The notes under the pieces were generated by a model, which saw nothing but the letters and a program-made list of their open reading frames with translations, made no database searches and was not told where the DNA came from. Source: a virus. Taken from it: a stretch of 64,000 bases of DNA. This document shows positions 9,917 to 19,734 of the stretch, in pieces; position 1 is the stretch's first letter; every line of letters starts with the position of its first letter. The DNA is taken from positions 1 to 64,000 of the IMG/VR virus record IMGVR_UViG_3300027973_000048. The stretch is one strand, 5' to 3'. A program made the position numbers and the translations under genes.

Positions 9917-10147
9917 ATGAACTTAGATGAATTAAAAAAATTAGCAGGCATTAACGAATATCGAGGATATGTTAAATACGATATAGACAACCCTTATGGT
10001 GGTAGCAATATCAGCTTGACTGGGGACGAAAAAGGCCAACTAATGAAGAAACATAATATTATACCAGGTAGCAAGGAATGGTTCCAACTATGGTTTAGTA
10101 TGCCTTACCTCACAGGCGAACCGCCCGTTGGCAAGGGGATGAGATGA
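9917..10147 (+). CDS. Small putative internal head protein
   Basis: MNLDELKKLAGINE leader. Confidence 0.65.
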   Translation: MNLDELKKLAGINEYRGYVKYDIDNPYGGSNISLTGDEKGQLMKKHNIIPGSKEWFQLWFSMPYLTGEPPVGKGMR

Positions 10148-10518
10148 AGATCAGAGAATTATTAGAAGTTAGCCAAGGCAAAATCACCAAGAGGCAGCAA
10201 GAACCTACTAGAGGTTTGAGCACCTACAGTGATGTGGAAATGGCCAATAGCGACTATGTGGCATTTAAATTAGGGCAGGCCATGGCAGGCACTGATGGCT
10301 CTAAAACTCCAGATATTGACGGCAAAAGTTGGTTCGGTAAAAAGAAAACTATTCATCCATACACTGAAGTAGAAAATGAAATGTTTAAAAAAGCTGCCAA
10401 AGTGGTAGGCGCCAAATATACTGACCTTAACAAAGGTGATATGAAAAGTAAAGAATTACCTTCCACACATACTGTCAGTCCTGTACACAAACATAAAAAG
10501 AACAAATACGGTGTATAA
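10144..10518 (+). CDS. Putative internal head protein
   Basis: MKIRELLE leader; basic. Confidence 0.65.
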   Translation: MKIRELLEVSQGKITKRQQEPTRGLSTYSDVEMANSDYVAFKLGQAMAGTDGSKTPDIDGKSWFGKKKTIHPYTEVENEMFKKAAKVVGAKYTDLNKGDMKSKELPSTHTVSPVHKHKKNKYGV

Positions 10519-10520
10519 TT

Positions 10521-10703
10521 ATGAAAATACGCGAATTACTTGAAACAGCCTCAGCAGGTGGAACTAGCGCAGGCAATGTCACAGTAGGCCCAACTTATAA
10601 AAATAAAAAGGGCAAGACTTATAAAAACAAAGATGGCACAGTAAAAAATGCGCTGGATGTCAAAGGAGCAAACCTTTTAACTGGCGGCAGCTTAAAACGA
10701 TAA
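10521..10703 (+). CDS. Small putative internal head protein
   Basis: Identical MKIRELLE leader. Confidence 0.65.
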   Translation: MKIRELLETASAGGTSAGNVTVGPTYKNKKGKTYKNKDGTVKNALDVKGANLLTGGSLKR

Positions 10704-10706
10704 ATA
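10700..10706 (+). promoter_or_regulatory. Late promoter element ATAAATA
   Basis: Overlaps stop codon; followed by GGAG SD and ATG at 10727. Confidence 0.65.
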
Positions 10707-10726
10707 ACTTGAATACGGAGTAGAGA

Positions 10727-11944
10727 ATGGATATTAACATGCAATCACCTATGCCAGCACCTGAACAAGATGATGAAGGTAAAATGGCCAAAGCTGATCT
10801 ATACAAAACAGCCAAATATAGCCTAAAACTATTTAAAATGATGCAAGACGATGCTCAACTAGAAGGTTGGGTACAGGCTAAAATTACCAAAGCTGCTGAC
10901 TATCTTGCCAGTGTATATCACTATTTAGAATACGAAATGAAGTTCACTGAATATGGTCGTGCCATTGAAGACAGTGAAATGTACACTGAAAGCGAAAAGA
11001 AAATTCTAAAGAACAAACTACTTGAAGCTAAAGAAAAAGTTAAGGATCTGAAGAAAGCACAGGCTGAAAAACTCAAAGCTAAAGAAAAGAAAAAAGTAGA
11101 TGAGAGTGAAGATGATCGTGGTGGTGACGATGATACTCCAAGCGACTTTAATAAAATAACAACTAGCAGTGGTCATACAAGACATAGTAGAAAAGCTAGT
11201 AGAACTAAAGCAGATCATGAACTAAAAGGCGATACCCCTATAACCAGTTTACATCCAGATCATGATGAACGTGCTGCTAAATTCCTAGCCAAACAAGTTC
11301 ATGGACGTAAAGTCAGTCCAATGGATCAATTGACCAAGCGTAAAGGCATGAGTGATCTAGACGAAGCCAAAGCTAAAAAAGCTAAGAAAGATTATGACGG
11401 CGACGGTGAAATTGAAAGTGGCAAAGACGAAGTGATTGGTAGTCGTCGTAAGGCTGCTGGATTGCCATTTAAAGAAGGCGCTAAACCAGACTTCCTAGAC
11501 ATGGACAAAGATGGCAACAAAAAAGAACCAATGAAAAAAGCCGTTGCTAGCAAGAAAGTTAAAGAAGCTGCAATAAGCGGACCGAGTCAACCATCAGGGA
11601 TTCCAGCAACTGCAAAAACTTCAGTGCCAGGAATGAGAGCCAATTCAGATGATTTGAAAAAGGCTAATTCCAGTGCTGCATTAGGCGAGGGAAAATGTAA
11701 TCATTCACCAAAAGGTAAAAGCTGCCCGGTACATGGTATGAAAGAATGTAGCGGCATGATGGAAGCCAAACCCAGTGCTGGTATGAGCAAAGGTGAAAAA
11801 TCAGCTGTGGCTAAGAAAGCACAAGCTGGTAAAGACATTGGTAAACCAGGCAAAAGTTTTGACAAAGTAGCTAAGGCTGCTGGCGGTGGCGAAAAAGGTA
11901 AGAAAATTGCTGCCGCAGCTATGTGGAAAAACCAGGCCAAATAA
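10727..11944 (+). CDS. Modular Lys-rich putative head protein with DxDxDG loops
   Basis: Segments separated by VDE/LDE/FKE/VKE/LGE/MME; DYDGDG and DMDKDG loops; small Cys/His cluster. Confidence 0.65.
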   Translation: MDINMQSPMPAPEQDDEGKMAKADLYKTAKYSLKLFKMMQDDAQLEGWVQAKITKAADYLASVYHYLEYEMKFTEYGRAIEDSEMYTESEKKILKNKLLEAKEKVKDLKKAQAEKLKAKEKKKVDESEDDRGGDDDTPSDFNKITTSSGHTRHSRKASRTKADHELKGDTPITSLHPDHDERAAKFLAKQVHGRKVSPMDQLTKRKGMSDLDEAKAKKAKKDYDGDGEIESGKDEVIGSRRKAAGLPFKEGAKPDFLDMDKDGNKKEPMKKAVASKKVKEAAISGPSQPSGIPATAKTSVPGMRANSDDLKKANSSAALGEGKCNHSPKGKSCPVHGMKECSGMMEAKPSAGMSKGEKSAVAKKAQAGKDIGKPGKSFDKVAKAAGGGEKGKKIAAAAMWKNQAK

Positions 11945-11945
11945 T

Positions 11946-12119
11946 ATGTCATTACCCAGCTATGTAGATGACTATGATGCATATTTGGCACTGAAATTAA
12001 ATCAACCTAAGTGCCAAACTTGTAATTGTCCTAGACATTGTGAACATAGTTGTAATGATTGTAGTTATTGCCCAGATTGTCATTGTAAGGAATGTGTAGA
12101 AGGTAAGGGAACAAACTAA
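11946..12119 (+). CDS. Cys-rich metallothionein-like microprotein (57 aa)
   Basis: ATG 1 nt after upstream stop; CQTCNCPRHCEHSCNDCSYCPDCHCKEC (10 Cys, 3 His). Confidence 0.65.
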   Translation: MSLPSYVDDYDAYLALKLNQPKCQTCNCPRHCEHSCNDCSYCPDCHCKECVEGKGTN

Positions 12120-14612
12120 ATGGACATGAAGAAATATATTACTCTTGTGGAAAGTGCTGCTAAACCCCTTGAGATTAAGGCTAAACCTGTTCAACCTAAA
12201 ACAGAACCTGCACCACTAGTACATATTTCAGAAAGTTACGAATCTAGTGCGGCCATTAGAAAAATTGTTCGCAATATAATGGAGAAGAAAAATCCTCCAC
12301 AACCACCTAAACAACGTAATCCTGTGGCTAAAAACGCCAATGCTGCTGTAGGGGGTGGTGCTGCTGGCAAACATAAAGACAAGAAAAAAGACGCCAAACA
12401 AGGTGTACAAAAGCATAAAGGTCAACAACTAGACGAGTATCTCGAAAGAGAAAAGCCCACTGACGGCGAATTATTATTGTTGATGAAAAAATATAGATTG
12501 GCAAAAATATCCGGCAAACCATTAGCCAGTGTGATGCGCCAGTCAGATATACATAAACTAATTGATGCAGAAAAAGATGGTCGTATAGAAGCATTAAAAT
12601 ATAGAGATTCCATTGAGGAAGAACAATATGATAGCAAAGGCGAATTCAAACGTCGTGAACTAGAACATGAGCTAGGTCACGAAACTAGAAGTGGTTCCGT
12701 GTATATTGATGGCAAATATTGGAAAACATTTGACGATTATAAACAAGCACAAAATGTATCTAGAAGCTTGGAAAGAAAAGGCAAACGTGCCACAGTACGT
12801 ATTCATGAATCAAAAAAACCAAAAAAGACTGCACAGGAAAAACTTAGTGCTGCCGTAGACAAAGAACGTAAAAAAAATGAACCTGCTACACGTCGAGCCA
12901 AACAAGAATTAGACGCCATAATGCCTAGTTCAAAAAAGGCATCCCCAGTAAGCGAAAAAATGCGTACTCCATTTGCTGGTGCTGCTGTTGGTCACAAAGA
13001 AGGCCCAGCTGGTCAATTAAAAGCCATGGATCCAAAAGGTTATCCCAAAGGTAAACTAGTCGGTGGTGCATTGGAAGAGGGTCGGGTATGTCCACAATGT
13101 GGCAGCAGCAAATGCAGTTGCCCGCCTGGTAAATGCAAATGTAAACCAGTAGCTGGATTCAAACCTAAAATGAAAGAGGATAAAGATCCTTGCTGGGACA
13201 ACTACAAAATGGTAGGCACTAAAAAGAAAGGCAGCAAGACTGTGCCAAATTGTGTGCCAAAAGAAAGTAGAGTGGGTGAGGCACAGAATGCAGCTCAACA
13301 GGCTGCTATTGCTATTGCTAAAAAGAAAAAGAAAGGTGTGGCGGAAGGCGGCCCATTTAGTTATGGTAAACCCCCACGCAAAGGCTCAGTGGCTGATTTG
13401 GCCGCAAAGCGTCGTAAAGAACAGGATAGAAAAACTCCCCCCATTGAACCAAAAGACCAAATGGTTGGCAACGCTAAGGTCACGAAAAATACAAAGGAAG
13501 GCTTGAAGCAGATGCTACGTAAAGTCGATCCTACTATCAAATCAAGATTACGTAGAAAAGCGGATGATCTTGATTATGAAGGTGATGAAGTACATCAAGA
13601 TTTAAAATCTATGGGCATGGAGCCTCACGATGCTATGACTCGTAACATGGATCCTGAAAAATATTATAGAAATGCAGATCGCTATCGTAGATTGGCCGAC
13701 AAAGATGTAGATGAAACTCAACTGGATGAACTAGATCGTCCAAGTGGTAAACTATACATTATTATCACCGCAGATAACGCTGGCGCTCCCCATGTGTTTG
13801 GCGACTTTGGATCATTCCCACAAGACGTCATGCACAAGATTGCCAAACGTGGCACTAGAGATAAATCAGGTGCCAAAACTAAACTAAAGATTGATTTCTT
13901 GTTTGATGACTTTAGAACTACAATTCAACATTTAAGAACCATATTTAGAGACTTAGACTTTATTGGTGCAGAAGCAGCAGAATTTATTATTAAAAGTTCC
14001 GCCTTACGCAGTGACCAAGGTGAAGAAGTTAAACATCTAAGAGATTACATTCAAGCTGGCGATGATCGTCGTATGAAAATGTATCAAGCACCTGAGGACG
14101 ATGAAGAAGAAGGCGAGCCAACTGGTGGCAATATATTACGTATTGACCCTGAAACCGGTGCTGCACGTAGAGTTGTTGGAGTAAAACCACAAACACAGAT
14201 GGGCGGCCATGCTGTAGCACAACCAACTACTTTTAAATACACATTATTAAAAACTGAACTCATGCCCAAACTACGTGATATGGGATTCAAGTTCGATGGA
14301 AATCAAATCATATTAAGAGCAGATCAGAGAGACAAGTTAAAGAACATGTTAGGATCACAATTTCAAAGCGTATTTGGACAAAAAGGAATGTTTAAAGAAG
14401 GTGGCGAAAAATATAAAATTAAAACTACGGGCAGTGACATTAATCCAGCAACTGGTAAGAGAGCAGATTATTACATCAGTCCAAATACAGGTAAAAAAGT
14501 TTATAAAAAAGCCAACGTAGGTGATCACGAAAGTCCTAACAGTGGCGAACACAAACCCAAAGTAGAAGGTCAGATTGCTCGGTCCATTATGGAAGAATTT
14601 GGATTGACATAG
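12120..14612 (+). CDS. Large modular putative head polyprotein (830 aa)
   Basis: MDMKKYITLVES leader; many short unrelated modules bounded by [LIVMF]-x-E. Confidence 0.65.
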   Translation: MDMKKYITLVESAAKPLEIKAKPVQPKTEPAPLVHISESYESSAAIRKIVRNIMEKKNPPQPPKQRNPVAKNANAAVGGGAAGKHKDKKKDAKQGVQKHKGQQLDEYLEREKPTDGELLLLMKKYRLAKISGKPLASVMRQSDIHKLIDAEKDGRIEALKYRDSIEEEQYDSKGEFKRRELEHELGHETRSGSVYIDGKYWKTFDDYKQAQNVSRSLERKGKRATVRIHESKKPKKTAQEKLSAAVDKERKKNEPATRRAKQELDAIMPSSKKASPVSEKMRTPFAGAAVGHKEGPAGQLKAMDPKGYPKGKLVGGALEEGRVCPQCGSSKCSCPPGKCKCKPVAGFKPKMKEDKDPCWDNYKMVGTKKKGSKTVPNCVPKESRVGEAQNAAQQAAIAIAKKKKKGVAEGGPFSYGKPPRKGSVADLAAKRRKEQDRKTPPIEPKDQMVGNAKVTKNTKEGLKQMLRKVDPTIKSRLRRKADDLDYEGDEVHQDLKSMGMEPHDAMTRNMDPEKYYRNADRYRRLADKDVDETQLDELDRPSGKLYIIITADNAGAPHVFGDFGSFPQDVMHKIAKRGTRDKSGAKTKLKIDFLFDDFRTTIQHLRTIFRDLDFIGAEAAEFIIKSSALRSDQGEEVKHLRDYIQAGDDRRMKMYQAPEDDEEEGEPTGGNILRIDPETGAARRVVGVKPQTQMGGHAVAQPTTFKYTLLKTELMPKLRDMGFKFDGNQIILRADQRDKLKNMLGSQFQSVFGQKGMFKEGGEKYKIKTTGSDINPATGKRADYYISPNTGKKVYKKANVGDHESPNSGEHKPKVEGQIARSIMEEFGLT

Positions 14613-14621
14613 GAAAACATT

Positions 14622-15812
14622 ATGCAAGTAAAAGATATATTAGACAAATTACGCAGTTTGGAAGAAGCTGATGAAAAGGACTCCAAACGGAAAGTAGATC
14701 CAACGAACGGTGCAGGCGAGGGTGACCCATTTGCAACATCAGCGATCAATAGCACCCGTACCAAGCCAGTAACAGGATCAAGTGGTGATACACCTAAATT
14801 TAAACCAGATCCAACTGGGCTTGATGGAGCAGCTGGTGATATGCCTAAATTTAAACCAGATCCAACTGGGCTTGATGGGGCTGCAGGGGATGCTGTTGCC
14901 GGGGGGGCCGCTGCTGGTAGTTTAGAAAAAGCTATTGATACAGTTTTAAAAGATCCATCCAATCCAGATGCTAAAAAAGTTCAAGATAAATTAAGTACAT
15001 CACATGATCCTGAAATTCAAACATTGGTGATTTCTTTGGATGCAATTGATAGAGTTCTTCAAAAGAACGGAATTAAAGTAGATACCATTGCTGAAACTGT
15101 ATATCGTTATTATCGCGAGAATATCAACAATTTTCTTACACCACAAGAACAAATAAAAAATTGGTCCATGCTTTCCGAAGTTGATGGCAAACAACAATTA
15201 GATGAAACCCTTGCAGGTACGGCTGCTAGAATGGCAAGTAGACGTCTAGCTAGAAGAGCTGAAAGGCAAGCATTAAGAAGAGCTGAAAGAGCAGCGGCTA
15301 GAAATGCCATGTCAAGAGCAGCTAGATCCTCAACAAGAAGTCTACCAAGAACCGCAGCAACAAGAAGCGCTGTAGATGATACTCCTCTTTGGAAATCACC
15401 ATGGGTAAGAGGCGGATTAGCCCTTGGCGGTGCAATAAGCTTGGCGCCAGCAGCCTTGGAACTTTGGGATTCGTTAAAAAAATTGTTTAGTAGTAAAAGT
15501 GAAGAAGATCCAGGCATGCCGCCCCCAATGTCACCACAAACAGGGCCAGGTCCTGAGGATCCTAATAAACCTAAAGATTCAGACAATCCAAACGACCCTA
15601 AATCAAATAACCCTCAGGATCCTAATAGTCCCACTGATGACCCCGCTTCTGGAGATTCCAAAAATGACATCAAAATTGTCATGAAACATTTTAAAATAGT
15701 ATTACCATATTTTCAAGATGCTAAATTTCATTCATTACCTGAGGAAATACAAATACGTTTAACTAAGACATATGAGGGAATTCAGAAATTCATGGAAAAA
15801 GTAGGTAGCTAA
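14622..15812 (+). CDS. Putative internal virion/ejection protein
   Basis: MQVKDILDKLRSLEE leader; Arg/Ala-rich segment, hydrophobic GGLALGGAISLA helix, Pro-rich tail. Confidence 0.55.
   Translation: MQVKDILDKLRSLEEADEKDSKRKVDPTNGAGEGDPFATSAINSTRTKPVTGSSGDTPKFKPDPTGLDGAAGDMPKFKPDPTGLDGAAGDAVAGGAAAGSLEKAIDTVLKDPSNPDAKKVQDKLSTSHDPEIQTLVISLDAIDRVLQKNGIKVDTIAETVYRYYRENINNFLTPQEQIKNWSMLSEVDGKQQLDETLAGTAARMASRRLARRAERQALRRAERAAARNAMSRAARSSTRSLPRTAATRSAVDDTPLWKSPWVRGGLALGGAISLAPAALELWDSLKKLFSSKSEEDPGMPPPMSPQTGPGPEDPNKPKDSDNPNDPKSNNPQDPNSPTDDPASGDSKNDIKIVMKHFKIVLPYFQDAKFHSLPEEIQIRLTKTYEGIQKFMEKVGS
14793..14878 (+). repeat. Coding direct repeat, 51-nt period (35 nt identical)
   Basis: cctaaatttaaaccagatccaactgggcttgatgg at 14793 and 14844 (PKFKPDPTGLDG x2). 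Confidence 0.9.
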
Positions 15813-15826
15813 AAGGCAAAGAAATC

Positions 15827-17428
15827 ATGGAAATAAAACTATTACTAGAAACATTAGATAGAATAGATGAAGGATTAACACTCAAATCTGTCAAAGCAGC
15901 CGTAGAAATAGAACCTGATGCTGGTCGAAGAGCCATGATTCTAGCCAAATTAGCCGCAGAAAACAACTTACCAGGTCTCTTTGATCCAACAGATGGCACA
16001 TACTATAACGTCAACGGTGAAAAAGAAAGAAGTCCAGATAATGCAATTACTCAAAGATTAGGGTCTGTAGGCCTAGTACCTATGAATGCACAAACAAGTA
16101 TGTTTGGCCTTTGGGGAGCAGACGATGTTAAACAAGGTGCCATATCACAAAGTTTTGATCTTAATTGGAATGCTGAAGTAGATGATAATATCAAACGTCT
16201 TAATGATCTAGTTAAACGAATTTCCGTAAATTTAAAAGAATCTAAAAAAAGAAAAAAATCAATATCAAACGCATTGTATGAAAGTTTCTTTGGTGAGGGT
16301 CCTAATGATGATTCAGGTATTATGGCACCCTATAGAGCAAAAGAACTAGCAAACTCGTCACCGCCGTTTCGGTTATCTGATCTTGGTAATGACACACAAG
16401 ACCCTACTACAATAACTCCACCTTCTGGTGGGGGTGGTGGGGGTAATAAATTTGCCAAAGAAATTGAGGAGATGAATAAGATCATCGAAGTGCTAACTGC
16501 ATTAAACGAAAAACGTCCAAATCAAGGCATAGTTGCTGCCATTGAAAGAGCACAGGATGTTATAAAAAGAGTAAATGCACAACCAGCTGAACCACCCATG
16601 CCACCCAGACCACCTAGACCAGATCCAAAGCCACCAGGAGGTATAGATTGGTCAGGTGTCACTGAAAAAGAACCATTAACATATAAACCACCAGAGCCAA
16701 AACCACCAGAGCCAACGCCTGCTGTTGATCCAAGAATTAAAAAAATCAAAAGAGCTCGAGAACTTCTTGATCAAATAAAAAAGGAACCACGACCTGGTCC
16801 AGTTAGTCCACAAGTTAATCCAGATAATCCACAACCAAGTCCTGGAGAAGATAAAAAATGGCCAACAACTCCTGATGAAATTAAGGCTTTCCAAAACGGT
16901 AGAGATGATCCTCGTTCACCTGGCAAAAAACTAAATGTTGATGGTATAATTGGCACACATACTTATCAAGCACTAATTGATGCTGGATATAAACCGCCTA
17001 ACGATTTTAGAGTAACTGCATATAAACCAAAACCCAATAAAAGACCAGTTAGTCCGCAGGTAGCACCAAATAAACCTGAACTGGCTCAAGTAGATATTAA
17101 TGCTCAAATTGAAAAAGATAAAAATAATCCTCAAAATAAACCACCAGGAGATGGCGGAGTAGACCCATATGTTTCCAACGGACAGACAACTGTTCCATTA
17201 AGTACCAATGTAGGTGACAATCCCGATTATCACGGCAATGTTAACCCCCAGGATAGTACAACAATTAAACCAACTAAAGGGCCTAATGGTGAGCCACTGA
17301 TAAGAGATCCTAGAACAGGACAAATGGGCTACATGTCTAGACAAGGCAGAGGTCAAACATTTGTACCAATTTCAGAAATGACTCAAGATGATAGAATACT
17401 TGACCAAATTAGAAGCATGAGAGTATAA
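15827..17428 (+). CDS. Pro-rich putative virion protein with peptidoglycan-binding-like motif
   Basis: MEIKLLLE leader; IKAFQ...LNVDGIIGTHTYQAL. Confidence 0.6.
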   Translation: MEIKLLLETLDRIDEGLTLKSVKAAVEIEPDAGRRAMILAKLAAENNLPGLFDPTDGTYYNVNGEKERSPDNAITQRLGSVGLVPMNAQTSMFGLWGADDVKQGAISQSFDLNWNAEVDDNIKRLNDLVKRISVNLKESKKRKKSISNALYESFFGEGPNDDSGIMAPYRAKELANSSPPFRLSDLGNDTQDPTTITPPSGGGGGGNKFAKEIEEMNKIIEVLTALNEKRPNQGIVAAIERAQDVIKRVNAQPAEPPMPPRPPRPDPKPPGGIDWSGVTEKEPLTYKPPEPKPPEPTPAVDPRIKKIKRARELLDQIKKEPRPGPVSPQVNPDNPQPSPGEDKKWPTTPDEIKAFQNGRDDPRSPGKKLNVDGIIGTHTYQALIDAGYKPPNDFRVTAYKPKPNKRPVSPQVAPNKPELAQVDINAQIEKDKNNPQNKPPGDGGVDPYVSNGQTTVPLSTNVGDNPDYHGNVNPQDSTTIKPTKGPNGEPLIRDPRTGQMGYMSRQGRGQTFVPISEMTQDDRILDQIRSMRV

Positions 17429-17429
17429 C

Positions 17430-19367
17430 ATGAAAGATCCAATCCAAGAATCATTAAATAAAATTCGTCTAGTAGAATCACAACAGGTTGATGAATATAG
17501 TTGGGACGAATTCAAACAAGATGCAGGCGATGCAGGTCGTGGTGCCTGGCAAGGTGCAACTTTTGGATTAGGCAATAAAATTGCTGCTGGTGCTAAATCA
17601 GCATTTGGCAAACAATCATATCAGGATTATTTGGATCAAGAAGAAAAAGCTGATGCTGCTGCTAAAGAACGTAGCCCTTGGCTTTATGGTACAGGCGAAC
17701 TGGCTGGCGGAATTGGTGTTCCAGGAGCAGGACTTGCTGGCGTATTAGCTAGAAAGGGTGCTACAAAATTGGCTGGAAAAGCATTAGGAACTGGTGCTCG
17801 AGGTACTAAATGGGCAGAAAGAACTGGAAAAGCTGGCGAAACCGTAGCTAGCGATGCTGTTAATAAATATGGCAGTGATGTTATCCAGCAAACAGGAAAC
17901 AGTTTGCTTGATAAATTGGCTGTTCCAGCGGCCGTTGCAGGTGCTGCGGCAACTGGAGCAGTAGCTGCCAACACTGTGGGTTCAAGAAAACTAGATCCTG
18001 ATCCCAAAGTTCAAGCATTACAAAACAAATTAATTGCCAAAGGTGCAACAATTAAAGCGGACGGTATTATGGGACCAAAAACTCAAGCAGCTATGAAACA
18101 ATATGGCATTACTATGGAATCAAAAAGTAGCTTAATGATGGAATTAATGGATATGGAGGAAGCTAGAGGTAGAGTTCGTCCAAACAGCCGATTCGACGAT
18201 CCAAAATCTTTTAAAGGCGGAAGCGCTTCATCATCGGCACCAGCACCAGAACCAAAATCTGCTCCTGCTCCTGCTCCTGCTCCAGCACCAAAAAAACCTC
18301 GCTATACTGCTTCTGAGATTAATGCTCATAGCGCAGCAGGTGGAAAGTTTGATCCAGCGACAGGAGAGATGATTCCTCTTCCAAAAACTCCAGCTAATAA
18401 TCGAGTTAGAAATAAAGAATTACAGCCAAGTGGGGGAGAATTATCTAGACAACAAAGAACAAGATCTAATTTAAACAGAGAACCAAGAACAACTACTCCC
18501 CCACCTGCAGAGCCATCAAGACTTGGTCAACTAGCAAAAAATACTGCCATAGGATTAGGCACAGCAGGAGCTACAGTCGCTGGCACTGCATTACTTGACA
18601 AATGGTTGAATAGCAAGTCAAACGACCCCGCAAATGATCCCGCTAATGGCGGTGGTTCAGCAGGCGGTGGTTCAGCAGGCGGTGGCGCTGGAGGAGGCGA
18701 AGGCGGAGTTGCTGGAGGGGGTGAAGGTGGTGGTGCCGGCGGTGGTACATCCAAAGGCGGCGGTGGCGGAGCTGGTGGCGAAGGCGGTGGCATCAGCACA
18801 CAAACTGGTCCAGGAGGAAATAGCAGCGGTGACGAAGGAGAACCAATGAGACCTACTGGGAATAGAGCTTTATGGATGCGTAATGAATTAAAAGATCTAA
18901 TGAAAGAAATTTCTACATATAACGACATACCTGAAGCAGTAGCTTTAAATAAAGAATATCAGGAATTTATAAAATCAGATGTTGGACCTACACCTGGACC
19001 TGGACCTACACCTGGACCTACACCTGGACCTACACCTGGACCTACACCTGGACCAAGACCTAGACCAGAACCAAGACCAGAACCAAGACCAGAACCAAGA
19101 CCAGAACCAAGACCAGAACCAACACCTGGACCTACACCTGGACCTGTTGCTCCGCAATCAGACGAATGGTCATGGCAGGATGCTGGCAAATCAACTAAAG
19201 ATGCTTTAAAAGCTGCTGGAAATGCTGCTTGGCAAGGGGCAAAAACTTTTGGTCATAATGTTGCAGATTTTGGAAGAGGATTCATGAAAGAGGGCGAGGA
19301 AAATGGACTAAGAGAAGATCCTGAACTCACAGCTATTATTCATAATGCAGGATTGAATCGTAAATAG
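17430..19367 (+). CDS. Gly/Pro-rich putative virion protein with peptidoglycan-binding-like motif
   Basis: VQALQNKL...ADGIMGPKTQAAM; Gly/Ala hydrophobic helices; similar WxD/DAG segments at both ends. Confidence 0.6.
   Translation: MKDPIQESLNKIRLVESQQVDEYSWDEFKQDAGDAGRGAWQGATFGLGNKIAAGAKSAFGKQSYQDYLDQEEKADAAAKERSPWLYGTGELAGGIGVPGAGLAGVLARKGATKLAGKALGTGARGTKWAERTGKAGETVASDAVNKYGSDVIQQTGNSLLDKLAVPAAVAGAAATGAVAANTVGSRKLDPDPKVQALQNKLIAKGATIKADGIMGPKTQAAMKQYGITMESKSSLMMELMDMEEARGRVRPNSRFDDPKSFKGGSASSSAPAPEPKSAPAPAPAPAPKKPRYTASEINAHSAAGGKFDPATGEMIPLPKTPANNRVRNKELQPSGGELSRQQRTRSNLNREPRTTTPPPAEPSRLGQLAKNTAIGLGTAGATVAGTALLDKWLNSKSNDPANDPANGGGSAGGGSAGGGAGGGEGGVAGGGEGGGAGGGTSKGGGGGAGGEGGGISTQTGPGGNSSGDEGEPMRPTGNRALWMRNELKDLMKEISTYNDIPEAVALNKEYQEFIKSDVGPTPGPGPTPGPTPGPTPGPTPGPRPRPEPRPEPRPEPRPEPRPEPTPGPTPGPVAPQSDEWSWQDAGKSTKDALKAAGNAAWQGAKTFGHNVADFGRGFMKEGEENGLREDPELTAIIHNAGLNRK
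18984..19145 (+). repeat. Coding 12-nt tandem repeats (GPTP)n and (PEPR)n
   Basis: ggacctacacct and ccagaaccaaga arrays. Confidence 0.9.
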
Positions 19368-19703
19368 TTATTGACTGTGCCAATAGCCTTGGAAACAATG
19401 GCGCAACTCATGGCCTAAGTTATGCATACTGGCATATTTGGCTGTGACAATTACACACTTGTTTCCGTCTTGAGTACCACAAGCTTTGATATTGGTATTG
19501 GTAATAGGCCCATAACCTCGAGCCACATTCAATTTGCTACAATAGTCACTTACATCATCTACCGCACGCCACTCTACTTGAACAACATTGTAATTCCGTT
19601 TGGTGGCATCAAACTTAGCAGTGGGGTTATCCCACTCAAAATAATCAGCAGCCTGAGCTGTTACCGAATGTGCCAAAAATACTGCAAGGACAAGCTTTTT
19701 CAT
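19368..19703 (-). CDS. Exported small protein with HExxH zincin-like motif
   Basis: Signal peptide MKKLVLAVFLAHSVTAQA; four Cys; LGHELRHCF; own sigma70 promoter. Confidence 0.75.
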   Translation of the reverse strand: MKKLVLAVFLAHSVTAQAADYFEWDNPTAKFDATKRNYNVVQVEWRAVDDVSDYCSKLNVARGYGPITNTNIKACGTQDGNKCVIVTAKYASMHNLGHELRHCFQGYWHSQ

Positions 19704-19734
19704 GATATGTAATGAAGTAGTTCAACATGTATAC

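Noticed and set aside
18984-19145. Tandem repeats as a possible CRISPR array (also 14793-14878 and 50899-51044)
   Set aside because: Periods are multiples of 3, in frame within ORFs, encode Pro-rich linkers and have no unique spacers; no cas genes seen.
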